From an uncultured delta proteobacterium (lineage in GTDB: Bacteria > Myxococcota > UBA727 > VGSZ01), in NCBI GenBank assembly GCA_963775425.1, contig CAVZJB010000018.1:64001-128000 (forward strand): a DNA stretch of 64,000 bases, written 5' to 3'. The notes beneath the pieces are model-generated. The model did not search any database. It saw only the letters and a list, made by a program, of their open reading frames with translations, and was not told where the DNA came from. The first letter of the stretch is position 1. Each line of letters begins with the position of its first letter. Position numbers and translations under genes: made by a program. This document shows positions 30,167 to 47,105 of this stretch, piece after piece.

Positions 30167-32886
30167 ATGGTCGACGTCGCCGACGCGCTGCAGGATCTCG
30201 CCGAAGAGGCGAGCGACGCGCCGGCCCGGCCGAAGGCGGCGGCCAAGCTCACGCTCGCGGACATCGAGCGCCTCGTCGCCGCCGAGAGCCTGGACCTCCC
30301 CGCCGCGATCCGCTCCTACCTCGCCGCGCCCGACGTGGAGCCCGCGAAGAAGCCCGCCGACTTCGTCAGCGTCGACACCCTCCGGCGCCAGCTCGCCGCC
30401 GCTCGTCGACGTCGCCACAAGCAGCAGCGCAAGGAGGCGAGCACCGAAGCGTGGCGCAAATTCATGCAGCAGCGCGCGCTGCCCGAGCGCATGAAGCTCG
30501 CGGACATCGTCGTCGCCCTCCACGAAAGCGGCAGCGAAGCCTCGCGCGCGCTCCTCGTGCGCATCGCGCGCGAGGCGCCGTTGTCCATCGGGTTGTGGGG
30601 CGGCGTGAAGCGCGTGTGGAAGCGCGCGGAGCAGCGCTTCGACGTCCTGCTGTGGGCGGCGCTCACCGCCGCCATCGAGCACAACGCCGGGGTCGGCGAC
30701 GACGTCGGCCCCGGCACCCGCCGCTACGTCTCGCGCCGCGCGTGGCGCACGCTGCGCGACCTCGGGCGCGCGTCGCCCGAGATGTTCCCGACCGCGGCCG
30801 CCGAGCTGCTGCGCCACTACACCTCGTGGGGCACCGTGATCTCGCGCGTGATGTACCTGCGGCCGTCGGACCCGCTCTACGCCACGTGGAAGACGTCGCC
30901 CGAGCCCCTGTGGCGCCTCGTCGAGGGCGCGCAGATCGAGGCCGTCGCCCGCTTCGCCGCCGACGCGCTGCGAAAGCTCCACGCCGACGCGCTGCGCGCG
31001 CTCCCGCCGGCGCGCCTCGCCCGCCTGGTCGAGCGCGAGCCGGCGCTGTCGGCGGCGCACGAGCTGTTCCTCGAGCTCGTCGAGAAGTCTCCGAGCCTGC
31101 CGAAGGCCAAGCTGCGCGAAGCCGGCCTGCACGACGCCGCGCTCGCGCTGTTGTTCTCGCCGTCGCAGCAGGCGCGGGTGTGGGCCGTCGAGTACGCGCG
31201 CGCCCACGCCGACGACCTCGCCGTCGACGCCGTGGTCGCCCTCGTCGAGCGCGGCCAGGGCGAGGTGCAGCAGCTCGGACTGCAGCTTCTCGAGCCCGTG
31301 CCGGCGGCAACGCTCGACATCGACGTGCTCGCGCGCCTCCTCGACGTCGCCGCGGCGGTCCCGCTGGTCGACAAGAAGCTGCGCGCGCGGCTCGACGCCG
31401 TCGACGAGGAGGCGCGCACCGCGTTCCTCGTGCGCTGCGCGCTGACGGGCGCCGCGCAGGCGAAGTTCGTGTCTGCGGGGGCCACCAGCGCCGAGGTGTG
31501 GCTGCGCGTGCTCGAGGACGAGCGCTGCGACAACCGCCTCGCCGAGCTCGCGCTGCGTCAACTCGGCGCGCAAAACGGCGGTGACCCCGTCGCCGTCGTC
31601 GACGCCGCGCGCCTCCTCACGCTGGTGGCGCACAAGCCGCAGCACGCGGCGGTGGTGGGCGCGCTGTTCGACAAGGCCGCGCGCGCCAACGAGCTCGACG
31701 TCGAGCGCGCCAAGGGGCTCGTGTTCCCGTCGAAGACGCGCGCGTTCGCCCTGCGCGTGCTCGGCAACCGCAAGCTCGTGCGGCCGCTCGACCTCGGGCT
31801 GCCCTGGCTCCTGGCGCTCGCCAAGCGCGCGGACCCCGACCTGCACCGCTTCGCCTACGCCACGCTCCTCGAGCACACGCGCCCCGAGGACTTCGCCCCC
31901 GCGGCAGGCGGCGACGGCGACGCCGGCGCGCGCGGCGTCGAGCGGCTGTTCCACATGGCGACGGGCGCGGCGGAGAGCGACAACACCCGCGGCTTCGCGC
32001 AGACGTACCTGCGCTGCCACCACCCCGTGCTCGGGCCGCAGGAGCCGCAGGCGCGGCAGCTCGGCTTGTCGCCGCAACTGTCGCGCGACGCGTTCACCCT
32101 CGAGCGGCTGTGGCCGGCGCTGTTCGACCCGCGCGAAGACGTGCGCCGCTTCGCCGCCTCGGTGGCGCGCCTCGAGCTGCGCCGCTGGGGCGCGCAGCGG
32201 CGGCTCGCGGAGCTGTGCGAGAGCGATGACAGGCAGGTGCGCAACGTCGCGCTCGACGCCATGCTCAGGGCCGGCGACCCCGCCGCCGACCCCGACACCA
32301 CGCTCACCCTCGACGAGCTCGACGCCGAGGTCATCTTCCCGCTCACCGAGTCGAGCAAGAAGAGCGTGCGCGAGACGGGGATGGAGCTCATCCGGCGGCA
32401 CTACGCGCGCCTCGGCGGCGTCGACAGGCTCGCGTGGCTGATGCAGTCGGCGGAGCGGGACGTGCGCTCGTTCGCGGTGCGCCTGCTGTGGGAGAAGCAC
32501 CGGCCGCGGTCGACGCCCAAGGGGTGGCAGCCGCGCGCGGGCGTGATCTTCGACGACGCCGGGCGCTTCGCCGACGGCGTCGCCATGCGCGGCTTCCTGC
32601 GCCGCGTGCTGCTCGCGCTGCCGCCGGGGGCCTCGCCCGGCGGTGACGACGACAAGGTGCGCAAGCACGTGCCCGCGAGCGTGGCCAAGCGGCGGCTCGT
32701 CGAGGTCGTGCGCGACATCGCGGTGGCCGACGCCGCGTTCGCCGCCGTCGTGACGCCCGTGCTGGCGGAGATGACCGGCTCCTTGGCCAAGGGCGAGTGG
32801 CAGGCGTGCCTGGCCGCCGTGCGGGCCATCGAGAGCGCGCACAAGAGCGGCGGCGCGCTCGCCCTGCCGCGCTCCGGGGGGCAGGC

Positions 32887-32890
<4 letters not shown>
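30167..32890 (+). CDS. Large all-helical ARM/HEAT-like protein, first gene of the retron-associated block
   Basis: GAGGAG RBS, ATG 30167; HEAT-like segments (DPREDVRRFA, DRQVRNVAL, KKSVRETG, ERDVRSFA); GTGA overlap with the next gene. Confidence 0.75.
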
Positions 32891-39945
<7,055 letters not shown>

Positions 39946-40027
39946 AGACGCGGCCCGCTGACGCCGTGCCGGGGGCAGGCACGTGGCCGCGCCGCGTCGT
40001 CACCGGCGTCACCGGAGGGGGCGCACG

Positions 40028-41848
40028 ATGATCGCCGTGGCGCACAGCCGGGCCGTGCAGGTCCGTTACGCGCGCGCGAGCGCCGTCGAGGCCGGCGGCG
40101 ACGGCGCCACGCTCGGGCTCGCGCTCGACACGGGCCGCGGCACCGTCGGCGTGCGCGGCGTCGTCAAGGACGCGGCCCTCGTGCGCGACGCGCTCGTCAC
40201 CCTCGCGGCCGTCCGCGACAGCGATCTCCGCTACAAGGGCAGGGACCGCGCCGCCTACCTCGCGTTCCTGATGAAGAAGGGCAAGAAGGCCAACGCCCAG
40301 ATCTGGCAGGCGCAAAAGGCGTTCCTCGAGGGGCAATTCGAGGCCCCCGCCGTCGACGCCGGCTTCCTCGACCCCGTCCTCACGGTCCACCCCGACGAGG
40401 TCAGCATCGAGGTCTTCAGCAAGGACGAGTCCGCCTACGCCCGCCTCGCCTTCGACAACGCGCTCTTCCTCGAGCGCGCCGCCGCCCACGGCACCGCCTG
40501 CGTCGACCTCTCCCCCGCCGTCGTCGGCCAGCTCGCGCGGCTCCCCGGCTACCGCCCGCTCGCCCTCGACGCGCAGACCGCCGCCGCCGGCCGCCCCCAC
40601 GAGCGCGCCTGGGACCTCTCGCTGCCCTGGCTGCGCGGCTTTCTGCAGGTGCAGTCGGCCGCCGTCTTGCCCGCGGCCACCGCGGTCCTCGAGCCCGTCG
40701 ACCTCTACAACATCCTGTACGCCCTCCGCATGCGCCGGGCGAAGGTCCCGCCGCGCGGCCTCCGCTTCGAGCTCATCCCGGGCGAGCGCCCGCGCGTCGT
40801 CGTCGAGCCCTGGGAGATCGTGCTCGAGGGCCACGGGCCGCGCGTCGAGGCCCGGGAGGCGCGCATCGTGCGCATGTACGGCCGCCGACGCCTGATGCTG
40901 CTGCAGCGCGTGCTGCCCTACGCCCGCAAGCTCGACGTCCACCTCGTCGGCGCCGGCCTGCCCTCGTTCTTCTGCCTCGACCTCGGGCTCGCCTCCCTGA
41001 CGCTCGCCTTGTCGGGGTGGACGGAGTCGTCGTGGTCGAGCGCGGCCGCGTTCGACGCCCTCATGCCGTCGTCGTCGCAGGCGCACGCGCTCGCCGACCG
41101 CGTCCACGGGGTGCTCGCCGCGCGGGGCCCCACGCCGTTTTCCGCGCTCGTCGACGAGACCGGCGCCGCCCCCGAGGACCTCCGCGCGGCCACGCAGCTC
41201 TTGTCGTTGCGCGGGCGCGCGCTCTTTGACGTGGCCCGGCAGGTCTACCGGCCGCGCGACCTCTTCGTGAGCCCGCTCGACGACGCGGCGCTGCGCTACG
41301 GCAGCGCGCGCGAGGCGCAGGCGCACCGGCTGTTGTCCCAGGGCGACGCCGGCGTGCGCCTGAGCAAGGTCCACGAGCGCCCCGACGGCGTCGAGATCTC
41401 CGGGGAGGTCGCGGACGCGGAGAGCCGGCGCACGCTCCTGCCGCGATTTGTCATGGACGCCGAGGGCCGGGTGCGCGAGGCCGCCTGCACCTGCCCCGCG
41501 GTCAGGCGCGCGGGTATGCGCGAGGGCCCCTGCGAGCACATGATCGCCCTGCGCCTCGCCTACGGCAGGAAGCGCGCCGCCGACGCCGCCTTGCGCGACA
41601 CGCCCGAGGGGCGGCGGCTCATCCGCGCCGAGACCCGCACCTATCTGCGGCGGGACGAGGCGGGCCGGGCCGTCACCTGGCGGGTCTCCCTCGACGACAA
41701 GGTCGTCGCGGTGCAGTGGCAGGAGCACGCCGGCGCGCCGCGGTCACAGCGCTTGTGGTTCGATACAGATCAGGCCGCTCGCGATGCATATTTCGATAGA
41801 CTCAACGCGCTGGAAGCGCAAGGTTTTGTGAACTCCGATTCAGTCTGA
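40028..41848 (+). CDS. SWIM zinc-finger protein with a C-terminal WGR-like domain
   Basis: CTC-x(12)-CEH SWIM motif; DPVLTVHPDEVSIEVFSKDESAY block; C-terminal WRVSLDDKVVAVQW...RLWFDT..AA..Y...L..L..QGF resembling WGR. Confidence 0.85.
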   Translation: MIAVAHSRAVQVRYARASAVEAGGDGATLGLALDTGRGTVGVRGVVKDAALVRDALVTLAAVRDSDLRYKGRDRAAYLAFLMKKGKKANAQIWQAQKAFLEGQFEAPAVDAGFLDPVLTVHPDEVSIEVFSKDESAYARLAFDNALFLERAAAHGTACVDLSPAVVGQLARLPGYRPLALDAQTAAAGRPHERAWDLSLPWLRGFLQVQSAAVLPAATAVLEPVDLYNILYALRMRRAKVPPRGLRFELIPGERPRVVVEPWEIVLEGHGPRVEAREARIVRMYGRRRLMLLQRVLPYARKLDVHLVGAGLPSFFCLDLGLASLTLALSGWTESSWSSAAAFDALMPSSSQAHALADRVHGVLAARGPTPFSALVDETGAAPEDLRAATQLLSLRGRALFDVARQVYRPRDLFVSPLDDAALRYGSAREAQAHRLLSQGDAGVRLSKVHERPDGVEISGEVADAESRRTLLPRFVMDAEGRVREAACTCPAVRRAGMREGPCEHMIALRLAYGRKRAADAALRDTPEGRRLIRAETRTYLRRDEAGRAVTWRVSLDDKVVAVQWQEHAGAPRSQRLWFDTDQAARDAYFDRLNALEAQGFVNSDSV

Positions 41849-41850
41849 AG

Positions 41851-41958
41851 GGAGCGTCCGGTAGATGGTGGAAGAGCACGGCACCCCATGGATTGACGTC
41901 GTCGCGCAAGCGGCGCGCGTCGATCCTTGTGCGTTTCCACCCGGCAGCCATCGACTCC
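41851..41958 (+). ncRNA. Putative structured RNA element (long imperfect hairpin capped by a GCAA tetraloop)
   Basis: Nested pairings 41867-73/41935-41, 41876-79/41929-32, 41890-98/41918-26 and 41900-05/41910-15. Confidence 0.35.
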
Positions 41959-41964
41959 GTTCAG

Positions 41965-42010
41965 GCGCCGGGAAGGGGACTGTTCAAGTCCCCTTCCCGG
42001 TGTTTTTCTT
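41965..42010 (+). terminator. Intrinsic terminator
   Basis: 14-bp perfect stem 41968-41981/41987-42000, 5-nt loop, followed by TGTTTTTCTT. Confidence 0.8.
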
Positions 42011-42016
42011 GGATTC

Positions 42017-42284
42017 TGCTGGAGAGGGGATCGGTCGGATCAGCCTCCGTGCCTCGAGCACAGGAGCGGCGTTGCGCCGCTCTGGAGGATTCGCCCGACA
42101 TTCGCCGCAGGGTCGCTTGGTCTTGGCCCGCTTCGGGGGAGCTGCCCATCGGCAGTGCCCTGAGCGGAGCCAACGACGCGAACCGCCGTTTCAGGGCACT
42201 GCCGATGGGCAGCTCCCCCGGCGGGCCGGTGAAGCGACCAATGCCCCATGGAAGAAGGTGGCCCCTCCGGTCCCCTCTCCAGCA
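42017..42284 (+). ncRNA. msr-msd: Retron msr-msd ncRNA (Mx162/Sa163-like)
   Basis: 18-bp a1/a2 inverted repeat 42017-42034/42267-42284 (one G.U); ATCAG branch context with G42043; msr hairpins 42049-61 and 42064-82; perfect 30-bp msd stem 42134-42163/42191-42220. Confidence 0.92.
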
Positions 42285-42330
42285 CCTTTTGGACCGCGGC
42301 CGCTCCCTGCGGTCGCCACGCGGGCCGCCC

Positions 42331-43674
42331 GTGTCTGAGCTCGAGCGCTTCGTCTCCGCCGACGCGCCCGTGCTCCTCCCCGAGGAGCCGCCGCCGTCGC
42401 GCCGCGAGCGGCCGCGCCCCGACAGCGACGTGGAGGAGCGGGTGCGGCGCTGGCAGCAGATCGAGGCCGCCGGCGGCGTCGAGGCGTGGATCGAGGTGGA
42501 GCTCAAGAAGAAGGGCTTCGTCGACGAGACGCAAAAGGAGCGCAAGAAGGCTGAGGCCGTCGAGCGCCGCGCGCTCAAGAAGCTCGCGTGGCGCGCCTAC
42601 ACGGCCACGCACATCAACCACGTCGGCGCCGTGCACTGGTCCGACCACGTCGACGCCGACCGCTTCGACGTCGAGGAGCGCGAGGCCCGCGCGCAGTCGC
42701 TCGGCATCCCCGCCATCGAGACGCCGCAGGCGCTGGCGGCGCTCCTCGGCCTCACCATCCCGCAGCTGCGCTGGTTGTGTACGCACAGGGACGTCGACGA
42801 CGGCAGCCACTACCGCCGCTTCACCATCGACAAGCGCGACGGCAGCCCCCGCACCATCGCTGCGCCCCTGCCGATGCTCAAGGACGCCCAGCGCTGGGTG
42901 CTGCAAAACATCGTCGACAAGCTCGAGGTGCACGCCGCCGCCCACGGCTTCCTCGCCGGCCGCAGCATCGTCACCAACGCGCGGGCGCACGCCGGCGCCG
43001 ACGTCATCGTGAAGATCGACGTCCGCGATTTCTTCCCCACGCTCGACTACCGGCGGGTGAAGGGGCTGTTGCGCAAGGCCGGCCTCGTCGAGCAGACGGC
43101 CACGCTGTGCGCGCTTTTGGCCACCGAGGCGCCGCGCGACGTCGTCAGGTTCCGCGGCAAGACGCTGTACGTCGCCACCGGGCGACGGGCGCTGCCGCAG
43201 GGCGCGCCGACCTCGCCGATGATCACGAACGCCGTGTGCCTGCGGCTCGACAAGCGCCTGAGCGGCCTCGCCCGCAAGCTCGGGGTCGTCTACACGCGCT
43301 ACGCCGACGACCTGACCTTCTCGTATCGGGGCGATCCGCGGAAGGCGCCCACGGGCATCCTCGTGGCGAGCGCGCGCAAGATCCTGGCCGAGGAGGGCTT
43401 CACCCTCCACGACAAAAAGACCGCGGTGTTGAAGAAGGGCATGCGGCAGAAGGTCACCGGCCTCGTCGTCAACGAGGCCCCCGGCCGCCCGCCCGCGCGG
43501 GTGCCGCGCGCGGTGCGCCGCCGCCTGCGGGCCGCCATCCACAACCGCAAGCAGGGCAAGCCCGGGAAGCCCGGCGAGAGCCTCGCGGCCCTCCAGGGGA
43601 TGGCGGCCTTCGTGTACATGACGGACCCGGTCGCGGGGCGCCGCTTGCTCGACGACGTCCGCGCCCTCTCCTAG
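42331..43674 (+). CDS. ret: Retron reverse transcriptase, myxobacterial Mx162 type with N-terminal extension
   Basis: Region X NARAH, LPQGAPTSP, YTRYADDLTFS, region Y VTGLVVN; probable GTG start at 42331 just after msd. Confidence 0.95.
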   Translation: MSELERFVSADAPVLLPEEPPPSRRERPRPDSDVEERVRRWQQIEAAGGVEAWIEVELKKKGFVDETQKERKKAEAVERRALKKLAWRAYTATHINHVGAVHWSDHVDADRFDVEEREARAQSLGIPAIETPQALAALLGLTIPQLRWLCTHRDVDDGSHYRRFTIDKRDGSPRTIAAPLPMLKDAQRWVLQNIVDKLEVHAAAHGFLAGRSIVTNARAHAGADVIVKIDVRDFFPTLDYRRVKGLLRKAGLVEQTATLCALLATEAPRDVVRFRGKTLYVATGRRALPQGAPTSPMITNAVCLRLDKRLSGLARKLGVVYTRYADDLTFSYRGDPRKAPTGILVASARKILAEEGFTLHDKKTAVLKKGMRQKVTGLVVNEAPGRPPARVPRAVRRRLRAAIHNRKQGKPGKPGESLAALQGMAAFVYMTDPVAGRRLLDDVRALS

Positions 43675-43685
43675 ACTGCCTCGCA

Positions 43686-44894
43686 ATGCGACTCGGTCCC
43701 CTCGTTTTCATGACCTATGGGGCCGTCGCCTCGGTCGCGGCGGCTCCCGCGCTCGGCTTCGACGGCGCGTTCAAAACCATCCCCGGCGGCGACTGGGACG
43801 TCTCGAAGGGGCCCATCCCCTTCGTGCTCGAGCCCAACGGCTCCGCCGACATCGACGACGGCTCCGATCTGCAGGCGGTGCGCGACGCCTTTCGGGCCTG
43901 GCAGTGCATCGACGGCGTGAGCCTCCGCTTCGAGGAGCAGGACGGCCCCGGCCCGGCCGACGCCAACCTCGAGGACGGCCAGAACAGCATCTTCTGGGAC
44001 GAGACCGGCGAATTCGGCCTCGGGCCGGGCACCCTTGGCGTCACCCTCGGCGACGCCACCCCCGGCCAGAAGCGCAACGCCGCCGACATCATCTTCAACG
44101 GCTTCGACTCCTCCTGGTCCACCGACGACAGGCCCAGCGCCGTCGACGTCGGCAGCATCGCGCTCCACGAGAGCGGCCACTTCCTCGGCCTCGATCACCC
44201 CTGCGACGGCAACGCCCCCAACGAGACCAACTGCAACGGCGCCGACCGCTCCATCATGACCCCGGTGTGGAGCGGCGCGGTGCAGCGCTTCCCCTTGCCC
44301 GACGACGAGGCGGGCGTGCGCTCGCTCTACCCCGCCGAGGCCGGCGACACGTCCACGTGCGACGGCCCCTTCCGCAAAGGCGAGAAGTGCTCGTGCGACG
44401 GCGACTGCGTGAAGGGCCTCGTGTGCGCCGCCGTCGACGGCGAGGACAAGAAGGTCTGCGCGGGCACCTGCGCGTCCGACGCCGCCGACTGCGGCCCCGG
44501 CTTCGTGTGCGCGCTCGCCGCGCCCGAGGGAGACGAGGCCGCGCCCGGCGTCTGCGTCAAGGACAACGAGGACGGCACCAAGCCCGCCGGCGCCATCTGC
44601 TCGCGCGGCCCCGAGTGCGCGTCGGGGACGTGCACGCTCATCTTCGAGCTCGCCCGCGACGTCTGCCAGGTGCCCTGCGGCGACAACGGCGACTGCGGCG
44701 GCGGCTCCTGCTTCAAGGGCTTCTGCCTCGGCGCCGCGTCGCACGAGGCGTGCGCGGAGCCGCCGGGTCCGCAGGGGTGCGGCTGCGCGTCGTCGTCGTC
44801 CCCCCTGGACGCCGGGCTCGCCGGCGCGGCCGCGGCGCTGCTCGCGGGCGTCGTCCGACGGCGGCGTGGGCACCGGCCCAGGGGAGCTCGATGA
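43686..44894 (+). CDS. Secreted M10/matrixin-like zinc metalloprotease with Cys-rich repeats and a MYXO-CTERM-like tail
   Basis: HESGHFLGLDH, Met-turn SIMTP, signal peptide, GCGC...hydrophobic-RRRR tail. Confidence 0.88.
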   Translation: MRLGPLVFMTYGAVASVAAAPALGFDGAFKTIPGGDWDVSKGPIPFVLEPNGSADIDDGSDLQAVRDAFRAWQCIDGVSLRFEEQDGPGPADANLEDGQNSIFWDETGEFGLGPGTLGVTLGDATPGQKRNAADIIFNGFDSSWSTDDRPSAVDVGSIALHESGHFLGLDHPCDGNAPNETNCNGADRSIMTPVWSGAVQRFPLPDDEAGVRSLYPAEAGDTSTCDGPFRKGEKCSCDGDCVKGLVCAAVDGEDKKVCAGTCASDAADCGPGFVCALAAPEGDEAAPGVCVKDNEDGTKPAGAICSRGPECASGTCTLIFELARDVCQVPCGDNGDCGGGSCFKGFCLGAASHEACAEPPGPQGCGCASSSSPLDAGLAGAAAALLAGVVRRRRGHRPRGAR

Positions 44895-46849
44895 CGGAGA
44901 CGCTCGCCGGCGGCCGCTACACCATCGTCCGCCGCATCGCCCAGGGCGGCATGGGCGACGTGCTGTTGGCGGAGTTCCCCGGCGACACCGCGCTCGGCGT
45001 CAGCCCGGGCCTCGTCGTCATCAAGCGGGTCCTCACCGATCACCCGAACCACGACCACCAGGCGGCCATGCTGCGCGAAGAGGGCCGCGTGGCCCTGCGC
45101 CTGCTGCACGACAACCTCGTGGAGACGTTCTTCGTCGACGACGACGACGGCGACCCGCTCCTGGTCATGGAGTTCCTCTCGGGCCGGGCCGCGTCGCATG
45201 TGCTCGGCAAGGCCAAGAAGCGCAAGGAGCTCGTGCCCGTCGAGGTGGCCCTGTCGCTGTTGCGCGCGGCGGCCTGCGGGCTCCACTTCGCGCACACGCT
45301 CACGGACCGGGGGCGCCCGCTCGGGCTCATCCACCGGGACGTGAGCCCCGCCAACCTGTTCGTCACCTTCGACGGCCGCGTGAAGGTCATCGACTTCGGC
45401 GTGGCCAAGGCCGACGACAGCGAGATCCGCACGAGCACCGGCATCTTGAAGGGCAAGCTCGGCTATATGTCCCCCGAGCACGCCCTCGGCGAGAAGCTCA
45501 CCCCCGCCGCCGACATGTGGTCGCTCGGCGTGCTCTTCTGGGAGACGCTCTGCGCCGAGCGGCTGTTCTCGCACGCGGCGCCGTCGGCGACGCTGGCCGC
45601 GATCTCCGACCGGCCCATCCCGCTGCCGAGCGTGCACCGGCCCGACCTCCCGCCGCACATCATCGAGCTCACCATGCGCCTGCTCGAGCGCCGCCTCGAC
45701 AAGCGCATCGGCGGCGGCGCCGCCCTCGTCGCCGCCATCGACGCGCTCCCCGAAGCCACCGGCCTCGCCCGCGTCGACCTCGGCTCGTGGCTGTCGGGGC
45801 GCTTCCCCGACGAGGCGGCGCAGGGACAGCTCGAGGCGTCCCGCTGCGCGCGCATGCGGCGGCGCACGCCGGTGCCCATCGGGCTGGTCGAAGGCACCGC
45901 CTCCCCCGCCCCCGTCGACGATGACGCGCCCACGGTGGTCATCGCGTCGGCGGCGTCGCTCATCCCCAAGGACATGCTCGAGGGCGAGGACGAGCTCGCC
46001 ACGTTGCGCCTCAGCCTCGACGAGCTGAGCGGCCCCGGCGCGGAGGCCCTCACCAAGAAGCTGCGCGGCGGCACCGGCGGCGGCAGCCTGCTCGCCGACG
46101 TCGACTCCCAAAGCGGCCCCTCGCCCCCCTCGCCCGCCGGAGACGACGTCGACGTCGACGTCGACGAGGGCGAGGACGTCGATCTGCGCACCGCCCAGCT
46201 CCCCGACGCCCAGGCCGCCGAGGCCCCGCGCGCCCCGCTTGTCTCGACGTCGGCGCGCACGCGCTCCCCGTCGGGGCTGTCGACGACCCTGCGCGCGCTC
46301 GACCGTGGCTCGTCGTGGGTGGCGGTGGCGTTTTTGACCTTCGGTGCGCTCGCGGTGGCGATGGGCGTGGCCTTTTCGTTCCTCGCGCCGCACCCGTCGG
46401 TGCGGGCGCTGGTGGCCTACGACGCCGCGGGGGGCGCCGACGAGATCGTGGTGGCGCTGCGCGACGCGCCGCCGGAGGGCGGCCGCACCATCGACGTCGC
46501 GGACCCGCACATCAAGATCGGCGGCGCGCTCAAGAGGCTCGACCCGGCGTCCTTCGACGAGCAGCTCGAGGCGTCGGGGGTGAAGGCGCGCGCGACGTTG
46601 CCGCAGACGGGGCGCGGGATCCTGGCGGTGCTCTTGCCGGTGTTGATCGCGGGCCTCGGCGTCCTCGCGCTGGCGGGCGCGCTGCCGGCGTTGGCGGTGG
46701 GCGCGGGGCGGCTGCGGGTGCTCTCGCAGGTCTTGCTCGTCGCGGTCTGCGCGCTGGCGTTGGCGGGGGTGGTGAAGCGCGGCGCGCTGTCGTGGCCCGG
46801 CCTCGACACCATCGAGACGCCGGCGCAGCTCCAGCCGCGGGCGCCGTGA
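44891..46849 (+). CDS. Membrane-anchored Hanks-type Ser/Thr kinase
   Basis: QGGMGDV, VIK, HRDVSPAN, DFG and YMSPE; three C-terminal hydrophobic segments. Confidence 0.92.
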   Translation: MTETLAGGRYTIVRRIAQGGMGDVLLAEFPGDTALGVSPGLVVIKRVLTDHPNHDHQAAMLREEGRVALRLLHDNLVETFFVDDDDGDPLLVMEFLSGRAASHVLGKAKKRKELVPVEVALSLLRAAACGLHFAHTLTDRGRPLGLIHRDVSPANLFVTFDGRVKVIDFGVAKADDSEIRTSTGILKGKLGYMSPEHALGEKLTPAADMWSLGVLFWETLCAERLFSHAAPSATLAAISDRPIPLPSVHRPDLPPHIIELTMRLLERRLDKRIGGGAALVAAIDALPEATGLARVDLGSWLSGRFPDEAAQGQLEASRCARMRRRTPVPIGLVEGTASPAPVDDDAPTVVIASAASLIPKDMLEGEDELATLRLSLDELSGPGAEALTKKLRGGTGGGSLLADVDSQSGPSPPSPAGDDVDVDVDEGEDVDLRTAQLPDAQAAEAPRAPLVSTSARTRSPSGLSTTLRALDRGSSWVAVAFLTFGALAVAMGVAFSFLAPHPSVRALVAYDAAGGADEIVVALRDAPPEGGRTIDVADPHIKIGGALKRLDPASFDEQLEASGVKARATLPQTGRGILAVLLPVLIAGLGVLALAGALPALAVGAGRLRVLSQVLLVAVCALALAGVVKRGALSWPGLDTIETPAQLQPRAP

Positions 46850-46873
46850 CCCTGTTGCCGACGGCTCCGGAGC

Positions 46874-47038
46874 TCAGCGGCGCCGGTCGCGCCAGACCTG
46901 GTAGACGCCGTAGGCGGCGATGAGGGCGCCACCGCCGACGAGCGCCTCCGTCGAATGCGTGAACATGAGGACGTGCCCGGAGAGGCCCATGGCTACGCCG
47001 AAGACGCCCACGCCGATGTTGATGAGGCCGCTCGTCAT
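46874..47038 (-). CDS. 54-aa two-TM small membrane protein (absent from the ORF track)
   Basis: MTSGLINIGVGVFGVAMGLSGHVLMFTHSTEALVGGGALIAAYGVYQVWRDRRR; strong GC3 bias; fills the gap. Confidence 0.6.
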   Translation of the reverse strand: MTSGLINIGVGVFGVAMGLSGHVLMFTHSTEALVGGGALIAAYGVYQVWRDRRR

Positions 47039-47105
47039 GCAAGCACGATAGCAAAGGGCCGCGGCGCCGGCACGGGCTCCGCGGCCGCTCGCGGGGACGT
47101 CGACG

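Noticed and set aside
41851-41975. Possible SAM-I riboswitch, SRP RNA or 6S RNA
   Set aside because: GCAGCC...GGCGC only loosely recalls SAM-I P3; P1, the kink-turn/pseudoknot and the SRP GGAA...AGCA motif are missing; too short for 6S
41960-42005. GTTCAAGTCCC resembling a tRNA T-loop
   Set aside because: No T-stem register, acceptor stem or anticodon arm; it is the loop of a terminator hairpin
41893-42330. 146-aa N-terminal extension of the RT in the ORF track
   Set aside because: It runs through the terminator and msr-msd; Mx162-like sequence starts at GTG 42331
42331-43674. RT as group II intron, DGR or CRISPR-associated
   Set aside because: Retron X/Y motifs and msr-msd are present; no maturase/endonuclease domain, TR/VR pair or cas1
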